Of a stretch of 64,000 nt of DNA, positions 27,373 to 38,600 are shown piece by piece (positions within the stretch are counted from its first letter, which is position 1; every line of letters begins with the position of its first letter). A model generated the notes under the pieces. It did no database searches, had not been told where the DNA came from, and was given only the letters and a program-made list of their open reading frames with translations. This DNA is from Vicugna vicugna. Its lineage: Eukaryota. The DNA lies in assembly GCA_013265495.1 (NCBI GenBank), contig MU058009.1, positions 1,550,001-1,614,000 on the forward strand, given 5' to 3'. The position numbers were made by a program, and so were the translations under genes.

Positions 27373-30300
27373 TATTTTTGGGGGGAGAGTCATCGTGTAG
27401 GGGACCTCCCAGGTGTGACACCCCCACGAAATGTGATCTCAGAGACCCTGCCTTTTAGTTGCTGAAAATGAGGAGACACGTCTTCCACCAGCTCGGGATC
27501 CAATCTGAGCATCAGTGGTTAGCAGACTGTTGGAATCCATCAGAAGGAACAGAAATAGTTGTCACATCAATTCTGAATCGACTAGGGTCATCTCTAAGCT
27601 AGGACGTGTTGCCTGGGAATTGGAGGAGAGTCAACAGACTAGGGGAAGCAGGGCAGGGCTGAGAGAACAGGGCATAAGGGTCGCGGCTGAAATGTCAGGA
27701 TTTGCCTGGAGAAAGGTTAAAAGCAGCCTGTCCCTGTCCAGGCGCAGGGTCTTGGCTGACAGTGTGGAGTGGGCAGGGAGAAGGTGGCGGCTGTCTCTTG
27801 ACCCTCAGTAGCTCCCACGAGAGGCTGCTGAAAACCTCCCTGCTCCCCAACGTGACATCACACAGAGGACCAGAGCTGACCCGACACCAAAGCCCTGAAG
27901 GACGCTGTGGCCGAGAGCGCACGAGAGCCTGGACGGCAGGATGAGAGGCTGGACGCAGGCCAGCCACTCAAAAGGGATTTGGGGATTTCACAGCAGGTCG
28001 GAGACCTGACCACTGTTGACTCCCTGTTGTCACGACGGGCAGATGGTCATCACCATCATCACTGTGGGCGTCAGCACATCGAGGCACACCAGGCAATCAG
28101 ATGAAACTGGCTTCCCCAGAGCAGAAATATTTTCCAGGAAAATGGAAAAAAGGAGAGGGACGGGGACATTCAGTAAAACAGGAAATGGCACTGAGCAAGG
28201 GGGCAGAGAGGCCAGAGCCACCTTCCCCTGCTGAGGTGGAGTTCCAAGTCCTGATAAGTGCTTTGCTTCCCTCCGTTTCAAGCCAGTCGATCGACACCTG
28301 CATTTATCAGACTTCTTCAGCCCCTGCCGCACCGCAAGAGAGGCCAGGAAAGGGCTTTTCTCTTGTTGTCGGCTGTTCTTTGGAGAAGGTTCTGTAGCAG
28401 GGAGGAACCCCACACAACAGTGGGCAGCCAGCAGCTCGCTGAACGGCAAGCCCCCAGACGGCCCGGCTGCCCCTGGAGGGCCACGGAGCCCAGCGTCCGA
28501 GCCAGAGCAAGGCCTCTGTGCACCAGGGCTTGCGCCACAGGCCCGCGCCCAGAGCAGCGCTGGGGAGGCGGGGAGGTCGGAGGCGCCGTGGGAGGGGAAG
28601 GGGGTCCTTCCTGGAAGGAGACTGTCCCTGCCCCACATCTGGTCTATGAAGAGTCCCGCTTGGTAACCAGGGCTGGGGCTCCCACCGGTCGTGAGCCACC
28701 CGCCCGCATCCTCAAAGGAGACCTTTCAGCGCGCTTGGGTGGCAACATGGCGTCACGGAAAGAGCAAGGGCTTGGAAGTCAGATGGTTCTGATGAACCCA
28801 TGACCTCTTGCACTCTGTTCCACCGCAGGGCTCCAGAACAAAGTCAGCTTCGTGCCAAGTAAACATGGGACGCAGGGGGACATCGTCCCCGGGCTCGCAA
28901 ACTCAGGCTCTGCAGGGACAAGGCAGGGATGAAAACGCATGGAGCGGAGCCACTGGAGACAAAATAGGAGGTCCCTGGGCACCCCCCACTCAGAGGCCAC
29001 AGGTGCTGGCTCTGTAGGAAGGACAGAATTCCACGAGCACCCCGGGGCCCAACGCGGGGCACTGCTCACGCGGGGGAGCCCCCACGTCGGGAGGGGCGCA
29101 CGGAACGTCTCTGGGGCACAGGATCAGCCCACAGTCAGCCCGCGTGTGCGCTGCAGTCTACGCCGCCTGGCTCGTTTCACTCAAAGTGCAAATCACAGTC
29201 CTCTTCTTTCTTAGGTTAAAATAGTTAGACTTCATTACACAGGTGAGCTCTTTTGCTCAATTTTTAAAAATGATTTATTACTTTATCTTTGGCGTGGGCA
29301 CTGGAGTTTGCTCTAAAGCCGAAGCTGTGTGCAGCCAGGCTCGCCTTGGGCAGTTACCTTCTCCCACAACCTCCCAAAAGGCTGTCAGAATCTGGGGATT
29401 TTTGACCACCAGCTTTGAATGATTCCTCTTTCCCATGCATCTCCTTCTATGCTTACTCTACCTGATTCCCCCAAACCCTGGGGTAGTTCTAGAAGGTACT
29501 CTTTAAGCTCCCCAAGCTCCCACCACCACAGCATCAATATGCTGGTCCCAGCCGTACCATTAAGAGAGATCCCCAAAGCCCAGTTGTCCAGGAGTTTCCC
29601 CAGCTAAACTCGAGCCCCTAGTCTGAGAAACAGAGATCTCAGCTGACCTCATTCAAATGTATCTTGTAGCTTTTAACCCGGTCAGCATTAAATCACATAC
29701 TTTGGGGGAATAACAACAACTTGGCACTGAAGGAAAGCTCTCTGACCAAATCCTTGACTGAGGCAGAAACCTATTCTCTGTGTCTTGTTTGTTCAGAGGG
29801 AGAGCATCTCAGATGTGGCCTCAGGTTGGCTCTGGAGTTGTGGCTTTGCCCAGGTTTGCAGCTGAAAACTAAAAAACCGAAGACCCTCCAGCCGTCTTCC
29901 CACAGGCTCCCAGTGAGGGGCAGTGGCTTGACTGGGACATGGACCCAGAGCCCTCCTCTTGGCCAGTCTGGCTCCCTGACCACTGGACCACACAGTCAGT
30001 GTTTAACGTGCACTCAGCAAACCTCAAAGCTCTGGGCCTGNNNNNNNNNNNNNNNNNNNNNNNNNNNNNNNNNNNNNNNNNNNNNNNNNNNNNNNNNNNN
30101 NNNNNNNNNNNNNNNNNNNNNNNNNNNNNNNNNNNNNNNNNNNNNNNNNNNNNNNNNNNNNNNNNNNNNNNNNNNNNNNNAAGCATCGTGCATCACGTGT
30201 TCCTAAGCCCTCCCCCCACCAAAGCGCTCATAAATACGATTTTATTTATGACACGGCTGCTGGGGGTTCTGACTGATCGTATCATTCCCAATTTTTATCC

Positions 30301-31419
30301 CCAGTGAAAAACTTGGGGCCAAGGAGACAGATGTGATGGGTCCGAATTTGCACAGAGCAAAATTAGTGTCAGAAGAAGAAAGAATTCTATGCCTGCACAC
30401 AGCATGGACTAAGGATGTTCTACTTTCTCTGTTAGCATCAGGAACTTCACCTGGCTGAAATCAAATATTCATCTGTTGAGTCATTAAAAATTTTCTTCAT
30501 GTGCCTCTTAGTCCTTCAGACATGAATAAAATGAGTTATGACGGGGCCAGGGACATTCCACAAAGGATGACACCATCTATTCAGTAACCAGGATGTTAGG
30601 TTCCACCTCCTCATATTCCTACGGCCACTCTCCCTTTATTAGGAAATCTTAATCTGAAATGGTCCAGAGCTAGCGAGATCAGCGAGACTGAGCTGCGTTC
30701 CTTCCTGCGCTTGTCTCTGGCTGGTTAATTTTCTCCTTGGTTAATTTCTCCTGCTTCCACACACGAACCAGACAGGAAAGAATGGAGCCAAACCCACATC
30801 GTTATGAATGAATTTNNNNNNNNNNNNNNNNNNNNNNNNNNNNNNNNNNNNNNNNNNNNNNNNNNNNNNNNNNNNNNNNNNNNNNNNNNNNNNNNNNNNN
30901 NNNNNNNNNNNNNNNNNNNNNNNNNNNNNNNNNNNNNNNNNNNNNNNNNNNNNNNNNNNNNNNNNNNNNNNNNNNNNNNNNNNNNNNNNNNNNNNNNNNN
31001 NNNNNNNNNNNNNNNNNNNNNNNNNNNNNNNNNNNNNNNNNNNNNNNNNNNNNNNNNNNNNNNNNNNNNNNNNNNNNNNNNNNTCAGCTTTTAAAAAATA
31101 TAAATTATATGAAAATACAAGTTGGCAAATAGTCAAACACAATATAACATCTTTGTCACCCCTATACTTCTCAGCTTAAAAANNNNNNNNNNNNNNNNNN
31201 NNNNNNNNNNNNNNNNNNNNNNNNNNNNNNNNNNNNNNNNNNNNNNNNNNNNNNNNNNNNNNNNNNNNNNNNNNNNNNNNNNNNNNNNNNNNNNNNNNNN
31301 NNNNNNNNNNNNNNNNNNNNNNNNNNNNNNNNNNNNNNNNNNNNCCCAACAGAGGAGGCAGCATGCACAGCATGGCTAGAACAGAGAAGGTGTTCTTTTC
31401 ACCGTGAAGATTAGACAGG

Positions 31420-31427
31420 TTAATGCT
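31420..31427 (-). promoter_or_regulatory. miR-155-5p 8mer site, distal
   Basis: Plus strand TTAATGCT. Confidence 0.7.
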
Positions 31428-31705
31428 CGAAAACCCAGAGTGTTCGTCTCCAAAGTGAAGAAAAGCACATCTGATCTTTGAACGCTCCCTCCAACCCCCA
31501 TAGCCACAAAACCAGGGCTCTGTGCAGGGAAGTCCCTCCCCTGAATGCAAAAGGGAACAAAAGTGACTCTGAACCCTCCAGCCAAAACCACTGCGGGTAA
31601 GGCCTCCCCTCCAGGAAAGTCAGAGTTTCACCCAGCTCGACCAGATCGGCCCACCCTTCCTCTGAAGTTGACATGTGTTTTTTAAAAGCATGAATCCAAC
31701 AATTC

Positions 31706-31722
31706 TGCTACATTTCCAGTGT
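31706..31722 (-). promoter_or_regulatory. Adjacent miR-221/222 8mer (31706-31713) and miR-199-5p 8mer (31715-31722)
   Basis: Plus strand TGCTACAT-t-TCCAGTGT. Confidence 0.65.
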
Positions 31723-32232
31723 ATGAACCACCCACCGCTCTTCCTGGGACGGGCTCTGGCCTGTGGACAGAAGGAGGAACATCATCTGGCCAGATCGACA
31801 AGGCTGTCTGAACTCGCACACTAGGTACGCAGACTGAAAACGGTGGACCGAGAGGGAAAGGGCGTCTCAGCAAAGCAGCAGCTGAAGAGCGTGAGGAGGC
31901 ACTTGCTTACATCTTAGCTGCTACAGAATCACTGCAGGACTTCGACACACACGCGAGGGGAGTTCTCAGCATAAATTTCATAGGAAAGGTTGATGAGTTG
32001 TGCAAGTGATTTTATGCCTGGTGGCAAACAGCAAGCAATGACCGATGCCCGGTCTCAGTTCTACTGTCACCCGACTGAAAGGTGGAAAGACTTCACAAGA
32101 AAACCCCAGTATTAGCTCAGCTGCCGTTTTGCACGTCTGCACACACACGCACGCACACATCTTTGCCAGTGCCCAACAAAGATCACATAAGCTAAGAGAA
32201 AACAATGTAGTCCAAACAGTTCCGCCTAACAC

Positions 32233-32277
32233 TCCCTGAGCAGCTCCTCAAATATTTCGAGAGCTTCATTAAGGCAC
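32233..32277 (-). promoter_or_regulatory. miR-125-5p 8mer (32233-32240) and miR-124-3p 8mer (32270-32277)
   Basis: Plus strand TCCCTGAG and TAAGGCAC. Confidence 0.6.
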
Positions 32278-33394
32278 CTGCATCCAGAAGAAGATAAAAA
32301 TACACAGCTGGGCGAAATTCTGCCTTTGCTCCCCAAGCGGACATGCAGTTTTACTGCGATGAGGAAATTCATGAATCACAGAGCTCAGTTCCTGACCACG
32401 CAGGGTCTGCAAGAGGACCTGGGAGGAAGCAATCCTCTTTAAGATGCGCTAGAAGGTAGTTCTTCCAGTTTCTCAGCTGGAGCCCACGCAGGGCTGGCCC
32501 TGAGAAGCCCATCCTAGACGTTTCTTCCCCTCCGTCATCAAGTCCGTGAAGCCACCCCTCTGTCACCCTCCTTTCCATCGGGCCCCTGTGGAGTGAGGGT
32601 GGAGAGAATCTCATTGTGTTAGGCACTTTTCCTCAGTAGTTAGATGTTGGTCCCCTCCACCCCAAACCCCTTCTTCAGATGACCCTTCACAACTACCTCA
32701 GGTGATCACGTTTGTGGTTCAACTCTGGGGGGACTAAAAAACAGACTCAAATCTCGTGGACCACCTTATTCCTTCACTCAGCTCCGTTCCTTGTAGTTCC
32801 TATGCCTTCAAGTCTTCCTTCCTCTGCAGCTGCTAACCTTCACTTACCCCGTGCCTGGATAACGGCTCCAGGCACGAGGCCCTTGTCGCAGCTGCACTGT
32901 TCACCTGGCCGACGCACCCAGTCTCACCTGACAGCCGGCTCGGCTGGCTTCAACCCTTCACAGGGAAGCACTGCGCTTCCCCCAGAGCCGGCCAAGCCGC
33001 ATTTTGTTTAGCTTCCAATGTTCCTAGAACCCAGGACGTCTAAAACGGCTTCCTCAGACACTCGCATCAGGTCTGCGGTTACCCTTCCCCTCACCAACCA
33101 GGAGCAGTGCGTCTCTCTCTGCTGATGAAGTGGGGGGAAGCAGGCGATGTGGGATGCTGGGGAAAATGAGATGCGAAGCAGAAAGCACAGAGTGTTAGTT
33201 TGGAATGACATGCGTTCAGGGCTTACTTCTTAAGACCTGAGGGGTAATGCCCATGCATACAGGTTTGATTCCAAGTCACGTCTGTTACAGGTACAAACCA
33301 GTAAAGAACCAGGTCAGTCTTCCCCCCCGATTCCCTTCCCATGACGTCTGCAGTGCTCCTATGTTTACTGTGGTCCGAAAGCAGGGCTGCAAAA

Positions 33395-33402
33395 TACATT
33401 CA
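33395..33402 (-). promoter_or_regulatory. miR-181-5p 8mer site
   Basis: Plus strand TACATTCA, 10 nt from the proximal miR-155 site. Confidence 0.55.
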
Positions 33403-33412
33403 GTTCAAAGAC

Positions 33413-33420
33413 TTAATGCT
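33413..33420 (-). promoter_or_regulatory. miR-155-5p 8mer site (AGCATTAA in mRNA), proximal
   Basis: Plus strand TTAATGCT. ETS1 is an established miR-155 target. Confidence 0.7.
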
Positions 33421-33700
33421 TCTTAGCTCAATGTTAGGTCCAAACCCCGAGAACACACCAATGACAAGCAAGTAGAGGGGCATGATCATAATTTTTAAAA
33501 AATTACAGGTGAAATTCACCTGCGCAGTTCCTTGCACCCAAATCAGCATTATTTTTTCCTTCATCTGTGAGTCACATGAATTTGGGGTCCCTGATCTCAG
33601 TGACAGCACTTTGCCTTTCCAGGGGGTCTATATAAACAGTTTCCTTTCACTGTGACAGAATCCTCAGCCGGCCAATAAAAACAAACTTGCATGATACCGC

Positions 33701-33756
33701 AATACTGAGACCACCTTAGAGCTTAAGACGATTTTTAAGAAAAAAAAAAAATACTG
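33701..33756 (-). promoter_or_regulatory. Two miR-200b/c/429 7mer-m8 sites (33701-33707, 33750-33756)
   Basis: Plus strand AATACTG twice, flanking a mRNA U-tract. Confidence 0.6.
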
Positions 33757-34353
33757 GCACAAAATTTAATAGAAAAAATTTTAACACAAAACGGTTTTGG
33801 CCCCACCCCACTGAAGTCCATCTTTGTTTTAAAAGTAGGATAGAAGGAAAACAGTCCTGGGTTTTCAGTGCATCCCCCAAACAAAGGTTTTATCCCACCT
33901 CCCCCTTTTCTGTCTGCCCAGACCTAAAAACAAAAGCAAATTAATTGCCTTTTATTAGTCTTGTGACTCCTGATGCATCAATTTCTTTTGATAATAGGTC
34001 CTTAACTCAAGACACATCTTTTTTTATGGATGATTTAAAAAAAGAATGATCAGACACGTTAGTCTCTTCCTCCCTTCAGCCAGATGCTTCAGGCTTCTAA
34101 GAAGACCCTCCTCTCTCTCCTGAATATCCGCTCAAGAATTTCTTGTCCCACCCACCCCCGCAAGTCCAGGCTTCCCGTCTCCAAACACACACAACTGCTC
34201 AGCCGCAGCTCTCTTAGCTCCCACCCCTGAATGTAAGAAAAAATGAGTTCTGGAAAATTACAAATAGAATAACAAGGAAAAAGTAAGAGTCCGCGCGACG
34301 TGGTTGTGCTCCGCAACGTCTCAGCAGGGCCTCCCAGCGCCCCGGCGGGCCCA

Positions 34354-34569
34354 TCACTCGTCCGCGTCGGGCTTGACGTCCAGCATGGCATGCAGCTCCT
34401 CGGGCGCGTAGCCCAGCNNNNNNNNNNNNNNNNNNNNNNNNNNNNNNNNNNNNNNNNNNNNNNNNNNNNNNNNNNNNNNNNNNNNNNNNNNNNNNNNNNN
34501 NNNNNNNNNNNNNNNNNNNNNNNNNNNNNNNNNNNNNNNNNNNNNNNTCTTCCCCCATCTCCTGGCCAC
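34354..34569 (-). CDS. ETS1: ETS1 last coding exon IX (216 nt including TGA): VARRWGK...[130 N]...LGYAPEELHAMLDVKPDADE*
   Basis: Acceptor aaatttcag|GTG and stop TGA at 34356-34354. The recognition helix is hidden in N block 34418-34547, but the total length equals the 71 codons plus stop expected for ETS1. Confidence 0.93.
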   Translation of the reverse strand: MARRWGKXXXXXXXXXXXXXXXXXXXXXXXXXXXXXXXXXXXXXXXXXXXXLGYAPEELHAMLDVKPDADE

Positions 34570-35264
34570 CTGAAATTTAAAATGGAGGGGAAAAAAAGGA
34601 AAGGAGAGTAAACATCTGTATGCGTAATCCATCCACACCTGTTTCTCTGCCTCGGCCTGCCCATTCGTGGTGACCCATGATGTTCAAGAAATGTGCATCC
34701 TTGTACATTGGTACGTTCGTGTACATGCAGCAGCCTTTTCTAACTGATCTCTTCGGAATTCCAGTTTTCAAGGATTGGACAAGGGTAGCAGTGAAGCTGA
34801 CTCCTTACGTTGATGAAAACACAGTGACCCTGAACTTCAATGGAGTGGAGTTAAAGTATCTGACATTAAGGAAAAAAAAAACCAACACTGTAGTCTCCTC
34901 TTTCCTGTATTATTAATAGGACGTCCTGGCTTTGAAAGCATGAATTCTAACGTGAGAGACGGAGGACTGAGCTGCCACCACACCTGCCTTTCACCGACAG
35001 GAAGCATTTTTTTCTGTCCTGGGGCACAAGGGACGTCCTCGTGTCTGGCGAGAGAGAGACGCTCTCTCTCTCTTTCACTGTTTTTTATCCTCAGAACCGG
35101 GCGTGGCACAGAGCAACCCCTCACTAAGCGTTTGTTAATGAAAACATGAATTCATAAGTAAATTGTACCAGTCCTCCGAGGCCTCTGGAATCGTCTGATC
35201 CCTTCCAGATTCACAGAGCCACAGGCCAGGAAAAGGGGAAAGTCAGAGAAGGCAATTCGCATTT

Positions 35265-35445
35265 ACGAAGAGCCTACTACATTCCAGGCACTTCCTGGTT
35301 ATCACATCAGTTAATCCTGGGAAACAAATGGGCAACGCAGACATTCTCTCTATTTTCCATACGGTGATGAAACATAGGCTCAGACGAAGCCACACAAGTA
35401 GCAAGTGGCAGAGCCGGGCTTTGAACCCTGGAACATGTCATCGGA
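35265..35445 (-). mobile_element. MIR in ETS1 intron VIII
   Basis: GAGCCTACTACATTCCAGGCAC...GTGGCAGAGCCGGGCTTTGAACCC. Confidence 0.55.
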
Positions 35446-35517
35446 CCCACGCCCCCTGTTTCCAGAGTTCTCTCCATCCTCCCTCAATGCAGGACTCTGA
35501 GGTCACCCCCTTCTTAC

Positions 35518-35636
35518 CTCATCGGGGTCAGAGAGCTTGAATTCCCAGCCATCTCCTGTCCAGCTGATAAAAGACTGACAGGATTTATCGGTGAGTAATT
35601 CCAGAAGAAACTGCCACAGCTGAATTGGGCCGCTGC
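35518..35636 (-). CDS. ETS1: ETS1 coding exon VIII (119 nt): ETS domain first half [40 protein letters not shown]
   Basis: Translated by hand; not in the ORF track. Has the ETS hallmark LWQFLLELL. Acceptor gtgtttgcag|GC, donor GAG|gtaaga. Confidence 0.97.
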
Positions 35637-38600
35637 CTGCAAACACAAGGCATTGTGAATCATTACACCAGATGCTCAGCAGCTAGTCCCGCCCCCCGGC
35701 CCCTCCTCGCTCAGTCCATCCAGAGGCATCTTACAGCACCAGTGCTGGAGGAGGGGCTAGGGCCTCAAAAGGACCAAAAAGATGAAGAATTCCTACCAAA
35801 GCAGCACTGAGGACAAAATACCCATTGCTTTATTTAGATTGACTTAAGGATCAGTCCATTTTTACTGCCAAGCAAACTTCAGAAAGAAAACACTCGATCC
35901 ACCTCTTGAGATATTCTAAGGCAGGCAGCATATTCTTTCTTTGCCTTCAAAATCTAAGTCACTGTTTTTGCCTTGCAGAGGACCAAGGCCTGCAGCAAGG
36001 AATGTCTTTGCCAGTCCCAGTCAGAAGTCAAGGTCAAAGCGCCCTCCGTAGCAGGGAGCCTTGGGTCCCCGATTTGCAAACGAGAAGGATCAATACCCTA
36101 GGGTGACCTAACAAAGAAACAGGTTGGAGATTCTCTTGGTCATAATCTTTGTCTCCCCCACCCTCCCGCTCCCCAGGCCGCCTACAGGCAAGCACCCAAG
36201 CTAAGGAAGGGAAGCAGTGTCATTTGGAGGGAAACTGGAATAAGGCCCTAGCGTGACTTTCCACGAGGAATCCATCTGGAAGCCACCCTGATGATCAGGA
36301 GCAAGAAAAGAAATCTCTCTTAAGAAATGCTGTGGAATTTTGGGGGGCACAAAGATAAGGAAAAGCAGATGCAAGAGCCCTTGTGACGTGACAGATGTCC
36401 TGAAGAAGGTACACAATGAGCACAGACGCCACTTCAGGACCCTGGACACGCGACACGGAAGGAAAAACCAAATACCCCGAAACTACGAAGATAAACCCCG
36501 GAGTTCAGTCCTCTCCTGGGTCACCAGCACAAACCACAGACATGGAGGGCGCGAGGGGGCTGCTTTCAGACGCCTGGCGAAGGAGAACACGAGCAGGAGC
36601 TGTGACCTACCGTGCACCTGCCGTGCACCGTCGGAATTAACATGTGACGCTTAATCGCCGTCTTATTTGCCCCTCACAGTAACTCCGTGGGGAGAAGCTG
36701 TTGTCATCGCGTTGGTTCTTCCCACTTTACAGCAGAGAAAACTGACCCACTGCGTGGCTATCTAACACGTCCAAGGCCGTCAGGTCAGAAGTCGCGTGGC
36801 TGGAACCCAGGAAGCCTGACCTCCAAGTTCTTCATTTTGACACTTTATTGCCCATAGAAAAGACCAACCCCGAGGCTGGCATCTAAACTGCCCGTTGTGG
36901 GCAGCGGCCCCACGGATGAAAGGACCTGGCTTTCAAAAGACATCTGCTCTCCCCACCCCTCACAGCGAGTGGTCCAGGATGCTGGACGGCCAGTGGTTCT
37001 CCTCACAGTCCGACCACTGCTGACCTCGGAGTCCACCTCCTCAGGTGACACTCCCAGCTCGCTCAGGGCCCCCCGTGGTCACTGTTAGGCTATGTAACCT
37101 CATTACTTCTCCCCCCACAACTTAGCTTAAAATCTTTCTCACACTATTTGTCTCAAAAATCCCTTTGAGGAGCAGGGGCCAATCATATCAAGTGGAGGAA
37201 AGGGGAAAAAACGGGGACGCCCATCCTGGGACAGGTCCTGGCCACCAGCAGGGAGCAGCAAGCACACCCCAGGTCCCGGGACCCCCATCCCCTACCCTCG
37301 AGACTGTGCGCCCATGAAGTGGCGAGGGACCAGCTCACAGAAGAAGGGATGTCTGACAGAACCATCACTCATGCTCTTGCTGCCACTTTCTGAATTACCT
37401 GTCGGAGGCTCCCGGCCCAGCTCCAGCCCGCTCTCTGCGTCCATCTGACCACCCCCTCCCGGCCACGTCTATGGATGGAGCTGGGGGCAGGGTGAGTCCT
37501 GGCATGCCCGCTCTTCCCCCTCATGGTGAGATTTCCTTTGTTCATAAGGAACATACAACTGTGAAATTTGGGAACTGAGAACCCAGGTCCTAGGTGAGGT
37601 GCTCGCTAACTCTTTTTTTTCCTGTTTACCGAAGGGAAGAGGGAGGGTAAATAGGAAAACCAGGGCCTAAAGAAAAGCACAGGGACTGGGCTAGGGGGCG
37701 GGGAGGGCTCTGCTTGGCTGAACAAGAGCAAAGTCAGAACAGCGGTGATGTCAGCTCCAGTCTCCTTCCCCAGATTCTTCAGGAAAAGTCCCACGGGCCC
37801 GCCCACGGCTAAGGCGCGCACAGCGCTCCCACCGGGCTTTCTGGAAGTCTCTGCTAACCCCGCAGAAAGCCTGCATCGTGATCCCAGATTAAAGGGATCG
37901 GTGATCTCTCCCGAAGATCCCTCTCTGGGACATTTCTGCTGACACCTCAACTGCCCTTTCAGTTGTAGGGGCAACAGCAACAGGAAGGATCTGGGTGATT
38001 TTCCCAGCCAGGAACACTGGGTCAGGGCGGGACCTCAGTGTCAGGGTCGGCTCGTCCCTGGGCTGCACTGGGGCACCAACAGCAGAGCCTGTTTCCATTA
38101 CAGTGTGTCACCCCCACCTCGGGTCTGGGTGGGAAAACCAGGGCCACTTGGTGGCCCACAGCTGGGAGGGAGCTCGGGGGCTGGAAGGCATCCTGGAGGT
38201 GCCCACCTGCTGACAGCATCCGAGTCCAGGCCCAGGGGACATTCTCAAGCCCCAGACTCGGCCAGAGGCTGACGGAGGCGGGCGGCACTCCCGGTTAGAG
38301 CTCTCCCGAGGATGCATCTGTATCACGTAGTGTCCGGCTGCCCAAATCCTCAGGGCTGCGGGCCCCATGCGGTGCCTTCTCCTTCATTCTCCACCCCACC
38401 TCCTCTCACCCCTGGGCCCAGCCCCATCCACCCACCCAACTGGACTGTGGTCCCAGTGACCTTTGTCCCAGGGAGCAGAGAATGGTCCTAAGAATAGTGC
38501 CAGTCATGGGAAGGGGGTGCTGACACACTACATGTGACTCACAATGGTGTCCCTGTCTGGGGGCCCCAAGGCGGTCAACGGCGGCCTTCACCAGGCTGCC

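Larger units (their letters stand above)
30800..34353 (-). other. ETS1: ETS1 3'UTR (~3.5 kb); distal poly(A) site inferred near 30800
   Basis: Follows the stop codon, has no recognisable transposon and carries many miRNA seeds. On the minus strand the N block is followed by AAATTCATTCATAAC and a GU/U-rich tract (30810-30750). The hexamer is probably inside the mask, so the 3' end is inferred. Confidence 0.7.

Noticed and set aside
30722-30752. Short direct repeat TGGTTAATT(T)TCTCCT, two copies
   Set aside because: A local slippage duplication with only two units and no spacer array.
30741-31550. ORFs spanning X runs
   Set aside because: Artefacts of N blocks, which contain no callable stop codons.
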